Shown here one piece after another: positions 25,325-40,900 of a stretch of DNA of 64,000 nt. Numbering within the stretch: the first letter of the stretch is position 1; the number at the start of each line of letters is the position of its first letter. The stretch spans positions 15,723,250 to 15,787,249 of the forward strand of contig NC_069004.1 in the NCBI RefSeq assembly GCF_001194135.2. The letters run 5' to 3'. This stretch comes from Octopus bimaculoides. Lineage: Eukaryota. A model generated the notes under the pieces. That model was not told the DNA's origin. It worked only from the letters and a program-made list of their open reading frames with translations, and searched no databases. A program made the position numbers and the translations under genes.

Positions 25325-26450
25325 TCATACTGTGATGGGATAGGAGAGTTTTTCTACTGTAATATTATGGATAGTGTTAGCATAGTTACTAAACACTAAG
25401 TCCAATGTATTTTTGTTGAATCTTGTTAGCACAAGCACAAGTTGGGACAGGTAAAATTTGCTCATGAATTCAAAAAGTAATTCCCCTGCTGCTCTCTCTG
25501 GGATTGAAATGCACACACTTGTCTTCAAGGTGTGAGTAGACCAGTCAACACCGGAAAGATCAAAGTCACCCATTATTAAAACATTATCAGATTGGCACTG
25601 TTCAATGAAAGACTTAATATTCATGAGGCAATCTTTGAAATACATTAGTGGCACTTGGGGTGACCTGTGGAGCCTACTTATTGCTAAATCATTAGTTTTG
25701 TTATACACAGATACTGATTCACAGTGAAGAATGAGATGTGTACCTGCACTAAATGAGTTGTGTAGGAAAATAGCAACTCCTCCCTTTCTTCTACCAGTGC
25801 GGTTTGCACGAATGATTGTATAATTCCTCATCTTTATTACAGCTTCCAAGTGAGAGTTGTTAAAGTGAGTCTCAGTAAGAATGAAGAAAGGAATGAGATA
25901 AGGGTGGCTTGAAACCCAATCTTGGATGAACTGAATCTTCCAGATTTTTGAATTGAAGGATGGATTGATGCTTGTGCATTTAACAAAAATGTTGAGACTG
26001 GAGTAGTGCTCAAAAGAGACTTATGGCTTATTGTCAGCAAGGAGGGCAATTTTTGCGCTGAGATAGTGATAGGAGCTGGTGCTCTGTGATGGCCCATATA
26101 CTTTTCTGGATTTCTTTTGCTAGGTTCCGCATAGATAAAAAAGAAGAAGAATGTACCTGGTTAGGGAAAGTTTGGTGGCTGTAGTTGTGGCTGACAGTTT
26201 TGTTGGTTGTTTGACTTGTTTGTCTTCCTACTGGATGTTCTCCAGTTTCCTGAGTTGGTGGAGAAATTCCTTCCAGGGCTGTTGTTTTTGTTTTGCTTTT
26301 TGTCTTCTTAGTACTATAAACTGTGGGAAAAGGAGACGCCAGCACTGGCATATTACCTGGGATTTAGTGCCTCACTCCACCCTGCATAGCTTCAGTCCAG
26401 TTGTACTGTATGTTACACTGTACAATGTCATATGTTTTCCAGTACGTTGG
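25325..26450 (-). mobile_element. CR1-like LINE 5' part (ORF1 remnant + APE endonuclease)
   Basis: RANRTGRRKGGVAIF..LIMGDFDL..VDW..NTLDLVFSN (APE). A basic, low-complexity ORF1-like stretch lies upstream. Confidence 0.8.
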
Positions 26451-26834
26451 GTGGAGGATGGGGCTGACTCTGTGACCTCTCCTTTGTGACATCAGTTTGT
26501 AATTCATTCTTGTTTACTGTAATTACTTCTGTATTTTTAGTTTCCCCCATAAAGAAAACAGCTGACTTTGGAAGATCCTTCTGTGTTTTGCTCAGAGGAC
26601 TCACACTTAGGCTCCATTGATTTTGTTGTTACTCTTATTGTTGCTGTTGTTCATGTTGTCCTTTGTGTTGTCACTGCTACTTTCGTTGTTTTACTCTGCT
26701 ATATTTGTTGTTGCAGTGTTACTGGTGTTGGTAGTGGAAGAGTCAGTGTTCCTGTAAATACTATCGTTGCTTTTTGTTGTCATTATTCCCTCCTGCTGAA
26801 CCTGTGATGACTGTGGTGGCATTGAAACTCTTAG

Positions 26835-27310
26835 CACAGGATACATTTTATGTCCTGCAGATCAATCTAGGCAATGACTTCCCCAAGACGTCAAGTTAAG
26901 CTGTAGAGACTTTAGTGATTGCTTAAACTTATCCTTATACCCAAGGACAGGTCTTCCTTTACCATGGTATCCCTCTACTTGTTGGCCATATAAAAGAACT
27001 TTTGGAATGTGGTCATTTTTCATTCGAACATGTCCTATCCATCTGCACTGAATTCTCAGTAGCATACTTTAGATACTGGAGATATCACATTTTTCTAAGA
27101 TTTTTGACATTTGATATCTCATCTTGCCATTTTATGTTGCAGATATTGTGCGGACAGCACATGTGAAAGACTTCAAGTTTTGTTGTATGTCTAGTAGGGA
27201 GTTCATGCTTTTGCATGTATACAAGATTTCTATACACTTATTTTAGTTATCACACTGACACTATGTTCATCCCACAAATAATAGCAAAGTTTTCCAAAAG
27301 CTTTTGTAGT
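26835..27310 (-). mobile_element. RTE (BovB-like) LINE 3' fragment
   Basis: QCRWIGHV.RMKNDHIPKVLLYGQ..G..GRP..YKDKFKQSLK. Confidence 0.8.
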
Positions 27311-27399
27311 CTTAGGTGTTCTAACATTGATTTCATTATCAAGAGTACTCTTAAAGTTTACTCTTAAAGTTTACTGTGCTTCTAAGATATTTAAATGAC

Positions 27400-28030
27400 C
27401 TGACCCATTTGAGTGGCTTGTTGTCAATCATTATGTTTGAAGGATGAAAGGTCAAGTCAACCTTGGTGGAATTTGAATTCAGGACATAGCGACAAGCAAA
27501 ATACCACTAAGCATTTTGTCCAACGTGCTAACAATTCTGCCAGCTCGTCACCTAATGTATTATAATAATAATAATAATAATGATGATTTCAAATTTTGGC
27601 ATAAGGCCACCAAATTCGGGTGAGGGATAAGCCGATTACATTGACCCCAATATTCAACTAGTACTTATTTTATCAACTCTGAAAGGATAAAAGACAACGT
27701 CAACCTTGATAGCATTTCAAGTCAGCATGTAAAGATAGACAAAAATGCTGCAAAGCATTTTACCCGGCATACTAATAATTCTGCCAGCTCACCACCTTAA
27801 TAATAATAATAATAATGGTTTCAAATTTTGCCACAAGGGCAGCAATTTTGGGGGAGGTGGGGATAGTCAATTACATCGACCCCAGTGTGAAACTGGTGCT
27901 TATTTTATCGACCCCAAAAGGATGAAAGGCAAAGTTGAACTTGGCGGAATTTGAGTGCAGAATGTAATGGCAGACAGAGTACTGCTAAGCATTTTGCCCA
28001 ATGTGCTAATGATTCTGGCATCTTACTGCC
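27400..28030 (-). mobile_element. Stack of three family-A SINEs separated by (AAT)n
   Basis: Units at ~27400-27552, 27585-27797 and 27815-28030. Confidence 0.8.
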
Positions 28031-28065
<35 letters not shown>

Positions 28066-28067
<2 letters not shown>

Positions 28068-28930
28068 ATACAGAGGACCAGTGGCTGACAGATACAGAAA
28101 ACAGCTGGCTATGGATGAGACAGATACAGAAGACTGGTGGCTATGGATGAAGAGGAGTGACCTGAAGATAGAGACAGAAGCAACCATATGCGCAACTCAG
28201 GAATAAGCATTAAGGACCAACTATATGACGTGCAGACTAGACAACACTACCAATAGCAACAAATATAGAATGTGTGGTAAGAGGGGGTGAAATGGTATGG
28301 CACATTGTTAGAAAATGCCCCAAATTGGCACAACACGAATACAAAAGATGTCATGACAATGTGGCAAGAACAATCCATTGGGAGTCTACAAAGAGCAAAG
28401 ACGTGGTATGAGCAAACCCCAGAAGGAGTCACCGTAAATGAAAATTGCAAAATCTTGTGGGATGCAATGATTCAGTGTGATCACCTAACCAGACATCAGA
28501 AACTGGACATTGTTGTGGTGAATGAAAAAGAAAAAAACACATATGATAATCAATATAGCATGCCCAGGTGACAACAGGATCAATGTGAAAGAAGAAGAAA
28601 AAATAAACAACTATGACGATTTGAAGTGGGAAATACGAAGGTTGTGGTCAAGGGAGAGAGTAGACGTGATACCAACAGTAATTGGTGCACTTGGAAGTAT
28701 CAGCACTCAGCTACCAACAGGGCTGAAAAAGATTGGTGCAAGTGTGAAAGTAGAACACCTACTAAAATCAGCATTGCTTGGAAGTGTAAGAATTCTTCGC
28801 AGGGTTCTAGAGGCATGACCAGTAAACAAGTGTCACCTTAGTCTGCTCTGGCTGCGGACACCCTGGCACTTTCTGTCATACCCAGCAAAATAAGCTGTGA
28901 GTTTTCATATAATAATGATGATAATAATAA
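28066..28930 (+). mobile_element. R4/Dong-like RLE retrotransposon 3' portion between (AAT)n tracts
   Basis: WLWMKRSDLKIETEATICATQE, CRMCG CCHC-like region, KILWDAMIQCD..KLDIVV, IACPGD..EKINNYDDLKWEI..VIGALG..LLGSVRILRRVLE*. Confidence 0.85.
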
Positions 28931-29018
28931 TAATATTTTGAAGCTAGCTGCATGATTCGTTTGTACGTAATATTTTCTCATCAATGTTGGAGGTGCTCTC
29001 TCTTTCTCTCTCTCTCTG

Positions 29019-29060
<42 letters not shown>

Positions 29061-29362
29061 ACTTCAGAATGGTGCAGTGACTTAGAATATCCCAACATTA
29101 TTTTTCTGTTTTAGCTTGGTTCTATCACCACTGCTTGGACTAATGTTTTCAAATGCTGATTACATTATATCTTTTATAAATATTTTTAATTTCTTTTTTT
29201 CTCTTCCTTATCAATGTGAGAGACTTGCATGCATGTCTTTAAATTTTTTCCTTGTCAGTGTTAGAAACTGCTTGCATGTCTTTACAGATACATTTTCATT
29301 CTTTTCTTCTTTTCCTCATCAACATTAGAATGTTGCCTGCATATCTTAATAGGTATATTTAA

Positions 29363-31400
<2,038 letters not shown>

Positions 31401-31439
31401 TCTAATTGGCCTATCAGTTGGCAGGTAGACTGATACTAA

Positions 31440-31770
31440 CTCAGGTAAATCAATTACATCAACCCCAGTGTTTAACTGCTACTTATTTTATCAAGCCCTG
31501 AAAGGATGAAAAGCAAAGTCAACCTCAGTGGAATATAAATTCAACATAAAGATGGACGAAATGTCAGCATGCTAATGATTCTGCCAGCTTTCCACCTTAA
31601 TAATGATAATAATAAACCTTTCTACAATAGGTGCAAGGAAATCTTTTTTTGGTGGAGAAGAGTGGTTTAGTTGATTACACCGACCCCCCATACTCAGGTA
31701 GTACTTATTTTATCAACCCCAAAAGATGAAGGGCACAATTGATCTCGGGCGTACTTGAACTCAAAATGTA
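31440..31770 (-). mobile_element. Two family-A SINE copies
   Basis: Same unit as 2895-3340, with (AAT) spacers. Confidence 0.7.
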
Positions 31771-32488
31771 AAGTGTTAGAAATAATAATAATGAAGGGGC
31801 ATTTCAGGGACAATTTATAATTTGTGTTGGGGTTTACATAAAAAAGTTAGAGGAAGAGGAGTGGAGAGATGAGACAAAAGTACCCTTAGTATACAAAATA
31901 TGTAAATACGTCAATAATGCAGTCCTCCTCATGTAGGGGAGCCTCCAACTCAAGCCAGTCAAAGAGCCCCACAGATCCAGTATCACCTTAATCAAGGGCC
32001 CAAAACACTGAGAACAATACGAGGATGAAATACAAACAAAAATAAGGTTTGCATCAAGAAAAAATGAAATAATAATGCTATATTGCTATAAACTTGCTAG
32101 AAATAGTAGCAATATCTCCCTCAAACTGTATCCTAGCATCTTAATGAAATACAAACAACATATCAGGTAATGTAGTTTAGGGTTCACTGTATTGTCAATA
32201 GAACAGTCATGATTGAAAAGTTTCTCATCATCTGTCTACACCATTGGAATTAAGCAGGGAATTCTACAGCTACTTAATCTGCTTGCTAGAAAAAGTTGCC
32301 ATATGTTCATCAAACTATGCAGCCAGCAATGAGGAAACAAAATAGAGTTTGCATCAAACTGATTATGACAACGCTCCACCACATCACCTCTAATAAGTTT
32401 CACCCTTAATTTTCCTTTTTTTTTTTTCATCTTCCTGTCATCTTTGCCTTAAATGCCACCTTACCATATTGCTTGGTTTTTGTTTCAG

Positions 32489-32631
32489 TCTATAGAAGCA
32501 ACTGTGACAATAAGCTACAGTGGCGGTCCTGGTTATCAAGAGTCTTTCTGCCGCCAATGCGCTATCAGTCTGCACTTTGAGGTCTTACCAACTGTAACAG
32601 TGCAACGGTGGGATGTTGTGCCTGGTGGAAG
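32489..32631 (+). CDS. TRAPPC9: TRAPPC9 coding exon G
   Basis: tttgtttcag acceptor, GTAAGA donor. SIEATVTISYSGGPGYQESFCRQCAISLHFEVLPTV vs human [36 protein letters not shown]. 143 nt, phase 0 to 2. Confidence 0.95.
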
Positions 32632-32749
32632 GTAAGAGGCATTGATATATCTCATACTTTGACTACACTGCACTATGTTGTTGCTGTCATCATTACTCTG
32701 CCATGGTTGTTGTTGCTGTCATCATTACTCTGCCATGGTTGTTGTTGTG

Positions 32750-32835
32750 GTGCCTTCTCTCTTTATCTCTTTCTCTTAATTTCTCTCACTTCCTAATTCT
32801 TTCTCTGTATCCTCCATCTCTCTCTCTTTCTCATT

Positions 32836-32866
<31 letters not shown>

Positions 32867-32917
32867 ATTTTCTCTTTCTCTCTCTCTCTCTCTTTTTCTC
32901 TTTCTCTCTCTCTCATT

Positions 32918-32958
<41 letters not shown>

Positions 32959-33112
32959 CTNNNNNNNNNNCTCTCTCTCATTTTCTCTTTCTCTCTCTCA
33001 TTTTCTCTTTCTCTCTCTCTCTCTCTCTTTCTCATTTTCACTCTCTCTCTCTCTCTCTCTCTCATTTTCTCTTTCTCTCTCTCTCTCATTTTTTCTTTCT
33101 CTCTCTCTCTCA
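32750..33112. repeat. (CT)n / ATTTTCTCTTTCTCTC compound minisatellite with a 10-N gap
   Basis: Seen directly. The ORFs predicted over it are artefacts. Confidence 0.9.
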
Positions 33113-33199
33113 TAATATTTTGTGTGACCCTTTTTTTTCTTTCACTGGTTTGATTTAGAGAAAAGTGCTAGTCTCAGAGGGTATTTACAGGCTCTCTGA

Positions 33200-34130
33200 G
33201 ACTAGTAAGATCAATACAGTCAGTGTCCCTCTTAAATAAGTTTATGGTTGCAGGAAAAATCTAAGCAGGAGTGGAATTCCAAAACTTAACATGGGAAAGA
33301 CTGTCTGGGAACAGTTGTTATTGCATGCTTAAAAGAGTGGGTAATGAGCTCAATATAGTTGATGAAAGGGGGAGAGATGCGTAAGGCTGGAGTACATAAA
33401 TTAAAATGGCACAATACTAGTCATCCCTGAGGAGCAGAAGCCACATAGTTATAGTAGATAAGGCAGGATGTGTGTAGTCAAGAGGCTGGAATGTGTAAGC
33501 AATTGTTCTTTGAATACCATCTAGGTTGTCTTTGTATGCAGCAGTACCACAATCTTCCTAGATATTGGAGCTGCATTTCATTTTGAATGTCATCTGAAAT
33601 TTGAAGAGCGTTAATAGTTGTTGGTGGGGCTGAAGAATTTTCTGATTCTGTAGCAGAAGACCAGTTTTAGTGATGCAGTTTTCACTATATTGAAGGTGTA
33701 CTTTCATTATGAGATACCTTCAGTAAAGGTATTTGTTGTGATCTTAAGGTTCAAGTTGTATTATGTTCATATTCATAGGGTGACTGAGGTACGCTGTTAC
33801 TTTTTGATATGCATGATTATTCTATCTTTGTGTTATTGAAGGAAACAAAATTAGCATGGCCCTATGAGAGAATGTCTTTTGAGGTCTCTGTTTATTGTCT
33901 CAATGCAGGTTTGGTGTGAGATATCTAGGTTGCAGGTGGATGACATGCAGGTGCAGATGGTTAGCAAAGAATGCATGTTAGTGGACATTATTGGAGGTGG
34001 CAGCTAGTAGGTTATTGATGTACAGCAGTAAAAATATATTTGAGAAATTTTAGATAAAAGGATTGGCAGGTTCTATGTTGTGTACTCCAGCAAGTGAGAT
34101 ATTTGTGGTTTGGGTCTTGTCAGTGAGTCT
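33200..34130 (-). mobile_element. Highly decayed CR1/Jockey-like LINE RT fragment
   Basis: The - strand gives ..AGVH..LLYINNLLAATSNNVH.., resembling the GVPQGS..LFLLYINDL..YADD region. Confidence 0.5.
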
Positions 34131-34235
34131 ATTTCTCATTTTTACCTCTAAATGCTACTGTTAATACCTAAAACGATTAAATGTTAAATGTTGTGCACAT
34201 GCATGAATGTGTGTGCATACACATACACACACACA

Positions 34236-34272
<37 letters not shown>

Positions 34273-35032
34273 CGCATATGTTTATGAATATCTGCATGTA
34301 TATCATCACCTTTTTATACCCCCTTTTCTTTGTGCCATTGGTTGGACACATTCCACATCTTGTTACTCATAACATTCCACATCATGTGAGACCCAGCAAC
34401 ACAGAAAAACACTCAACCTTGTCTTACTGTGTGGACTTGGTGTACTTTATGGTACTCTGATACTAGCAAGGTTGTTTGTGGTTAGGTTAAAGTATCCTTT
34501 TTAGTTTGTATCTTATCTTATATATGCACATGCACACACTCCCTCTTCCACACAAACACAAGTTCATATATCTTTATAAACTCACACACATACAAATTCA
34601 TCTATATATACACACACATATGCACACAAGTACAAGTTCATATATCTATGTAATATCATATGTGTATGTAGAGATGTAGAGGAAGAATGAGTGACTGAAA
34701 GTGAGAAGAAAAGTGACGTCAAAAAGGGACTGGAAGAAAGAGGAAATGACGTCACATCAAGAAGCAGTGAATTCAAAACAACCTCTTTCTTACGGATCCG
34801 TTGTGAGCAAAGGATGTATGCTGGGAGCAATCGTAGAGTAGTAGTCCTTTCTGGTCAGAGGTTGGGGAGAGCTTACATATGGACACAACTGTGTGGTCCT
34901 ACTGATTTCCCAAGACCTGGCACTTGGAGGGATTGTCACCAATTGCAACTCAAGGTAAGAGCAACCTTTATTTGTGCCTTACAACAAAGCACATATACAC
35001 AAAAATTCATATATCTGTATAGACTCACATAT

Positions 35033-35078
<46 letters not shown>

Positions 35079-35181
35079 GCACAGGTTCATGAGTTTATAC
35101 ACACTCACACACACATAAGTTCATATGTCTATACACATTTGTATGTAGAGATTCACATGTATATTTCTGTTTGTCTTTTAG

Positions 35182-35292
35182 TTATGACCGTTGCTTCCTA
35201 TTATTTGACTTACTGAATCAGTCAGGCCATCAAACTGAGGTACAGTACACTGATGGTGGACACATTATTATTGAGCCTTCACAGTGCAGAAG
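35182..35292 (+). CDS. TRAPPC9: TRAPPC9 coding exon H
   Basis: tttgtcttttag acceptor, GTATGA donor. (S)YDRCFLLFDLLNQSGHQTEVQYTDGGHIIIEPSQCR vs human RQCHLLLDVFNSTEHELTV...LILHAGECQR. 111 nt, phase 2 to 2. Confidence 0.93.
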
Positions 35293-35895
35293 GTATGATA
35301 TACATAATAGTTTCAACCATCCACATTCTGAGTTCAAATCTCTCCAGGTCAACTTTATCTTTCATGCAGTTTTTATATTGTTGGAACGTTTGAAAAAGGC
35401 ATGAATATCACATACTCTAATGTTCTTCTATTTCCCCCTCCCCTACCGACTCTGAGGCCTTATACTTATTAAAGCAAACCGTAAATCATATCAGTTGAAC
35501 CTGGTGACATTTGAGTTCAAGACTAATTTTATCAATTCAAAATTTTCAAATCATTAATTGTAAACTTCCACTTGTTAATATTAATTAAACATGATAAAGG
35601 TAAATATTTCTTAAATCATAGCAGTAATAATATTTATTATAATTGCCATTAATATCTAATAATGTTTATTATGTCATTAATATGTAACAATGTTTATTGT
35701 AATGTCCTTAATATATAATAATGTTATTATTATATAGTAAAGATAGCAAAATTTGTACAGTCATTAGAATGTCAGATGGAATACCTTGCTGTATATGTTT
35801 TGGTTCTCTGAGGTCAGAGCTCAAACCAAACCCAGATCAACTTTGCTTTTCATCCTTTTGGAGTCCATAAGTAAAGTACCAGTCAAGTATTCTCT

Positions 35896-35974
<79 letters not shown>

Positions 35975-36619
35975 TCTCTCCCTCTCTCACACACACACGC
36001 ACAGAATCAGCTATATTGCATCTTGAGTAGGGCCATGGGTGATGGTGACTTCCTTACTTCCAGAAATAGAGGACTGTGGAAAGTAATGGCAAACTCTTCT
36101 CATAGAAAATCTGTTACTTGTACCATCCAAGAACAGCTGATGTGCAGTGCAGCTTGAAATATAAATCAAAAGAATATCTAATACTAGCAATGTTATTGGA
36201 GTAGCAGAATATGTAGAGTAATGTTCAAAATGACTTGTAGTGTTATGTCTCTTTACATTCAAAATTCAAACCCGATCTGGTGATAGTCTTATAAATCTCA
36301 TTCACATCTGGTAAGACTCAACCTTTTGTAGCCCAGCACCACTTTTTACTGAATTGTGTTTTACAAACATTCATATGATTGGATATTGCTGGCATTTTCT
36401 GTTTTGATTAGTCATGGAGCAGAAATGTGACCCCTCTCAAAGATCCTGGCTAAGAGGATCGATGGCTTTGATGAGAGAGCTCTGTGAACATCAGATGATA
36501 ACATCACACTTCCAACAAAGAACTGCATGCACACACACATCAGCCTGCAGTCACCCACCTCATAGCTATCCATTGCTTGCGCTGGTATGGACATGTCCTC
36601 TGTCACCCACTTGATCATC

Positions 36620-36830
36620 CTACCAGGGCTTTACTCTCATTTGACGCAGCAGCTATGAGCTGGAAGAGGCCTTATGGCAGGCTCCACACCAGATAGCTGG
36701 ATGTAATAGGGGATGATCTTCAGAGGCTCCACATCACCTTGGAGGATGCAGAGGGGCTGGAATGTGACTTCTAGCAATGGAGAGCACTGGTGGACATGGT
36801 TGGCTCTACGCATGATGATGTCTCTGGGAC
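36620..36830 (+). mobile_element. RTE-like LINE 3' end
   Basis: RTE-type 3' terminus ending ...ctctacgcatgatgatg. Confidence 0.5.
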
Positions 36831-37767
36831 CACTAACCCAGGATGACCCCAGCCTTATCAAGCAAGAGCCTGAAACAGCAGCAAGCAAGCAACTTATTCA
36901 TTTCCATGGGTTAAAATTGGTAGTAACTGAAAACAAATGACAATGAATAATTTTGTATTTAATTATATAAAATAAATAATTTATTAATGATGAATGTTTA
37001 TAATACATAAAAAAAAAAGTATTTACAAAAGAGTTGAAAATTAATGTTCAAATGGTAAATTAAAACATTTGCTTGTTTTCCTTCAATTTTTATTAATAAT
37101 ATTCATTAGCAAAGTTATGTTTACAAATTCAGATGGAAAAGAAGCAAACTGTAAACATTGGACCTTGGAAGATCATCAGTTGCATTTCTGATCACTGATA
37201 ACACAATGTCCCACTTGTATTGTAATTCTAACGGATAAAGAATTTTTTGAAATCTATTTGCAATAAAAATTATTGTGCTTGGTTTAGATATTCTATTTCC
37301 AAGAATACTCAGCACCCCCATAACATTCTCCTTGACATTTGCTTCCACCTTGTGAGCTCACAAACACCGCCAATGGGTAATGCTGCCAAAGTTAAGAACT
37401 ACTGCTTATAGAAACCTTTAATTGACACCAGATTGCTACTTTATTTCAGTGATCCTGGATAGATGAAATGCTAAAGTTAACCTCAGCAGGATTTACATTC
37501 TGAATGTTAAGAGCCATAACCAAAATACTGTGATATGATATGATTATGCCAGTCTACTGCTATATGTACTCATTTAGGTTAACTTCTATCTTTCCTCCTT
37601 CCAGAATTGATGTAAAATAAGTTCCAGTAGTATACTGTAGTCATTTTGATCACCTGCCTCACTTCTTTACACGTTTATATGATGATAATATCTATTTTAA
37701 TATTGTTAAAATAGCAATTATGATGATGATAATGATATTTTACTCTGTTGTATGATAATTCTTGCAG

Positions 37768-37927
37768 AATAGGCATTCCATTCACAAGATGTCACTTACC
37801 TGAACAGGATGACCAGTGTGTGGTGAAGAAAGCTACTACATGTGATGTTGTGTGTCCTGTGGTTATTGAACCTGTCGATGTATGGAAAATGTACATTTTC
37901 AATTGTATTGACATTAGGTGGTCAATT
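37768..37927 (+). CDS. TRAPPC9: TRAPPC9 coding exon I (followed by a U12-type donor)
   Basis: ttcttgcag acceptor. (R)IGIPFTRCHLPEQ...YIFNCIDIRWSI vs human MAIQVDKF...IHSKLGICWRI. Ends at ATT/GTATCCTTG. 160 nt, phase 2 to 0. Confidence 0.88.
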
Positions 37928-40900
37928 GTATCCTTGAAGAAGAGAACTGAGAGTGCAGTCTGTGTAGGGGGAGGGGGGCAGGTCTGCTGTAGAGCATGAA
38001 TGTCAATTAGTATATTAATGAAACGTAAGGGCAAGCAATCTAATGGTCAAGCTTGACTCTTGGCTCTCAGACCAGGCAGCACAGTGTTCTTGGGCAAGGA
38101 ACCTCATTTCATAATGATTCAATTCACTCAACTGAAAATTAGTTGCATCTGTTTGTTTAATGGCACCTCACAGACTAAAACCTTGCAGTGAAAGGTGTCA
38201 GTAGTCCTTGATGGCTATGGCTCACTAGATGATAATAAGCAGGGAGGGGATTTGTTTATTGTTTATCCCCAAGTCAGTTATAAATCAGAAGACCTGTGAT
38301 CTACTCACAACAAGCCCAATTATTCAATGTGTCATTCTTAAAGAGAGTAAGGTTTGATGTGAATTGCTTTAGTTGTTATTTTTAGCAATTTGAGTAACCA
38401 CATAGAATCTCCTTCATTGGCTTGTATGGGAGTGGATGGGTGTTTTGATGTATTGGATCTGTTGCAGGTATTGATGGGTTCTAATGGAGTCTGGAGATGG
38501 GTGTTTTCAATCACATCAATGTCATTAGCAAAGGCATGAATATTACAGAATCCTCCATTCTTCTCTAGACTGTCTGTAAATCTGAGGTGTTGAGTCTGTA
38601 GAAGTGAACGTTATCAGCTCCAGTATAGTTGAATGCTGAATTCTCACATAAGCTGTCTTGTCTGTTATTGTATTCTGGAACTTGGTGTCATTAGATCATC
38701 AGTAAGGAATGTAAGAATCATTCCATGCTTTTCATGTTATCTGGCAGGGCTCACTCTGAGCACTCTAATTTTTTCAGTGAACATATTAGCTCCCTCAGGC
38801 ACTAATAATCTATATTTAAAAAATAAATCATTGAGGATATTTACTTTGAGGGGCCATTGACAGGAAAAAATAATAGCTAAGTTGATATTTAATATAATGA
38901 GAGCATTAAATATCTAATTAGACATATATGTACATAGTGGGGGAAGGTACTGTTATTATTATCATTCATTCCAGCAAACATAGGGGACAACTCTGAACAT
39001 GTTTAAATCTTTTTAAAACTCTTTAGCAAAACATAGATTTCTCTGTACTTGTCACTCTAGTAATAAGAGAATCATTTAGTAGATTTACAGTATCATACAG
39101 AAGCAGATATGGAAAAAGAGCATATTTAAAGATAAATTCAGATTAATTATTCAAAGATGCCAGCCACTTGAAAAATAAGTTAAGTTAGTGTTAATATAAT
39201 GCAGTGAATATCAAATATTTTATGAAAAATAATTATCCAGAGAAGAAAAAGCTATATTAGCTCATTGACTAATGATAATTTTTTGAATCTCAAGATATAT
39301 AATTCATTTGTTTTACATCTGTCTTTCTATATAAGAATAGGTTACATGAATATATTATTGAAACCTTGTTTTACAGCCAGATGTCCTTACTGTCACTAAC
39401 CCTTACCTATTTTTCAAGTAAGGAATTTCTTATTTCATATGTCTTTGAAGATGTGAAGTGGGCAGGCAATTTTTGACAGACATGACAAGTGTGGCTTGAG
39501 ACTGTGAAAGAGCACAAATATAAACACACACACACACTTTTCAGTTGTAGTCCTATCTGTATATATGCACATGTCACTCACATTCATGTGCGTATGTGTG
39601 CATGTACCAGTAACATTTGTTTGACCTTCTCTCTCTCTCATGTATTAAATCTGATGATTTAATACATGTCTTAGAACAAGTTATTCTTGTGGAAACTGAA
39701 CATTTGTCCTCTTATCTATATATTAATAACCTCCATATTAACTTTCTTCATAAAAGATGTGTAATAGTATATCTTGGCTATGGGTGTTACCAACTATATA
39801 ATATTAAGTGCTTCTTAAATTTTTTTGTTACTTAAACTGTGTTATGGTAGTCAATGATCATAGAACATGACGGTGAGAATTGAATTGAGAGAGTCAGAAA
39901 AGATACTGGGAAGGATTGGAGAAAGTGCAAAGAGAAGAAATAAGAATTAAGAAGAATAAAGAGAAGAGAATCGGGAATGATGAGAGAAGGAATGAAATAA
40001 ATTCAAGAAATGGATCCAGAAGGTGTCACACAACTGATGATGAAGCTGAAGCTAATAGGACAAACATGAGAATTGTTAATCAAAAAAGAAAGCAAAATAT
40101 GAACGATGATAATGGGCAAGAATATTTTTGCCAGAATATGAAAACAGTTTAGAAGAAAAAAGATCACTAAAGAGAATAAAGATTTCCTCAAAGGATTATG
40201 AAGGAAATTTTTGACATATCATTCCTGAGTGGGGAGATGGTTATGGAAATTCCCTTGGTACTGCTAGTTGTTATAATTATGGTATCATTAATTGTTATAG
40301 TTAGCACTGATTGTTATTTTCAATTAAGGTAGCTTTGATTGCTATAGTTAATTATGCTATCACTAATTGTTATAATTATGATATCACTTTTGTTGTAGTT
40401 AATCATGGTAGCAATGATTGTTATAGTTAATTATGGTAGCACTGCTTTGTAGAGTTAACATGGACTGTAGTTATAGTATGTAAAGGATGAAAAATGCAAC
40501 ACAAAGACGAAATAAAAAATAAGTACAGAGCTGGTATAAGTTTGGCACTCGGGAAATGGGGAAAAAGAAGGAAGTGTTTTTAATGTTCTCTAGTTTCACA
40601 CCATCTCTATCCTATCTTTCAGAAAAAAAATGTATACTTGAAACATTAAAAATATTTCCTTCCTTTTTTTCTCATTTCTTGAGCATCAAACTAATACTAA
40701 CTCTGTTTAATTTTACCTTGTTTTTATGTTGTATTTTTCATCTTTTGCAGTGCAATCGCTAATAACATGCTTAGTATCCTATTGTGAAACCCCTAGCACC
40801 TTGCTATAGTATCCAAATTAAAAATCTCTACTTTAAACCATGTTTCAAATGCCTAACCATTAAGATCACTGTTTTGCTCCAGGTTCATAGGGTTTAACAG

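Noticed and set aside
24050-26450. Opposed CR1 fragments as a single 5'-inverted (twin-primed) insertion
   Set aside because: The order is wrong: the forward 3' part lies to the left of the inverted 5' part. Two separate insertions are more likely.
37928-37999. Read-through VSLKKRTESAV resembles human [11 protein letters not shown], suggesting exon I continues
   Set aside because: It hits a stop at 37999. Exon J supplies the full homologous segment through LSPIKW, and GTATCCTTG necessarily translates as VSL.
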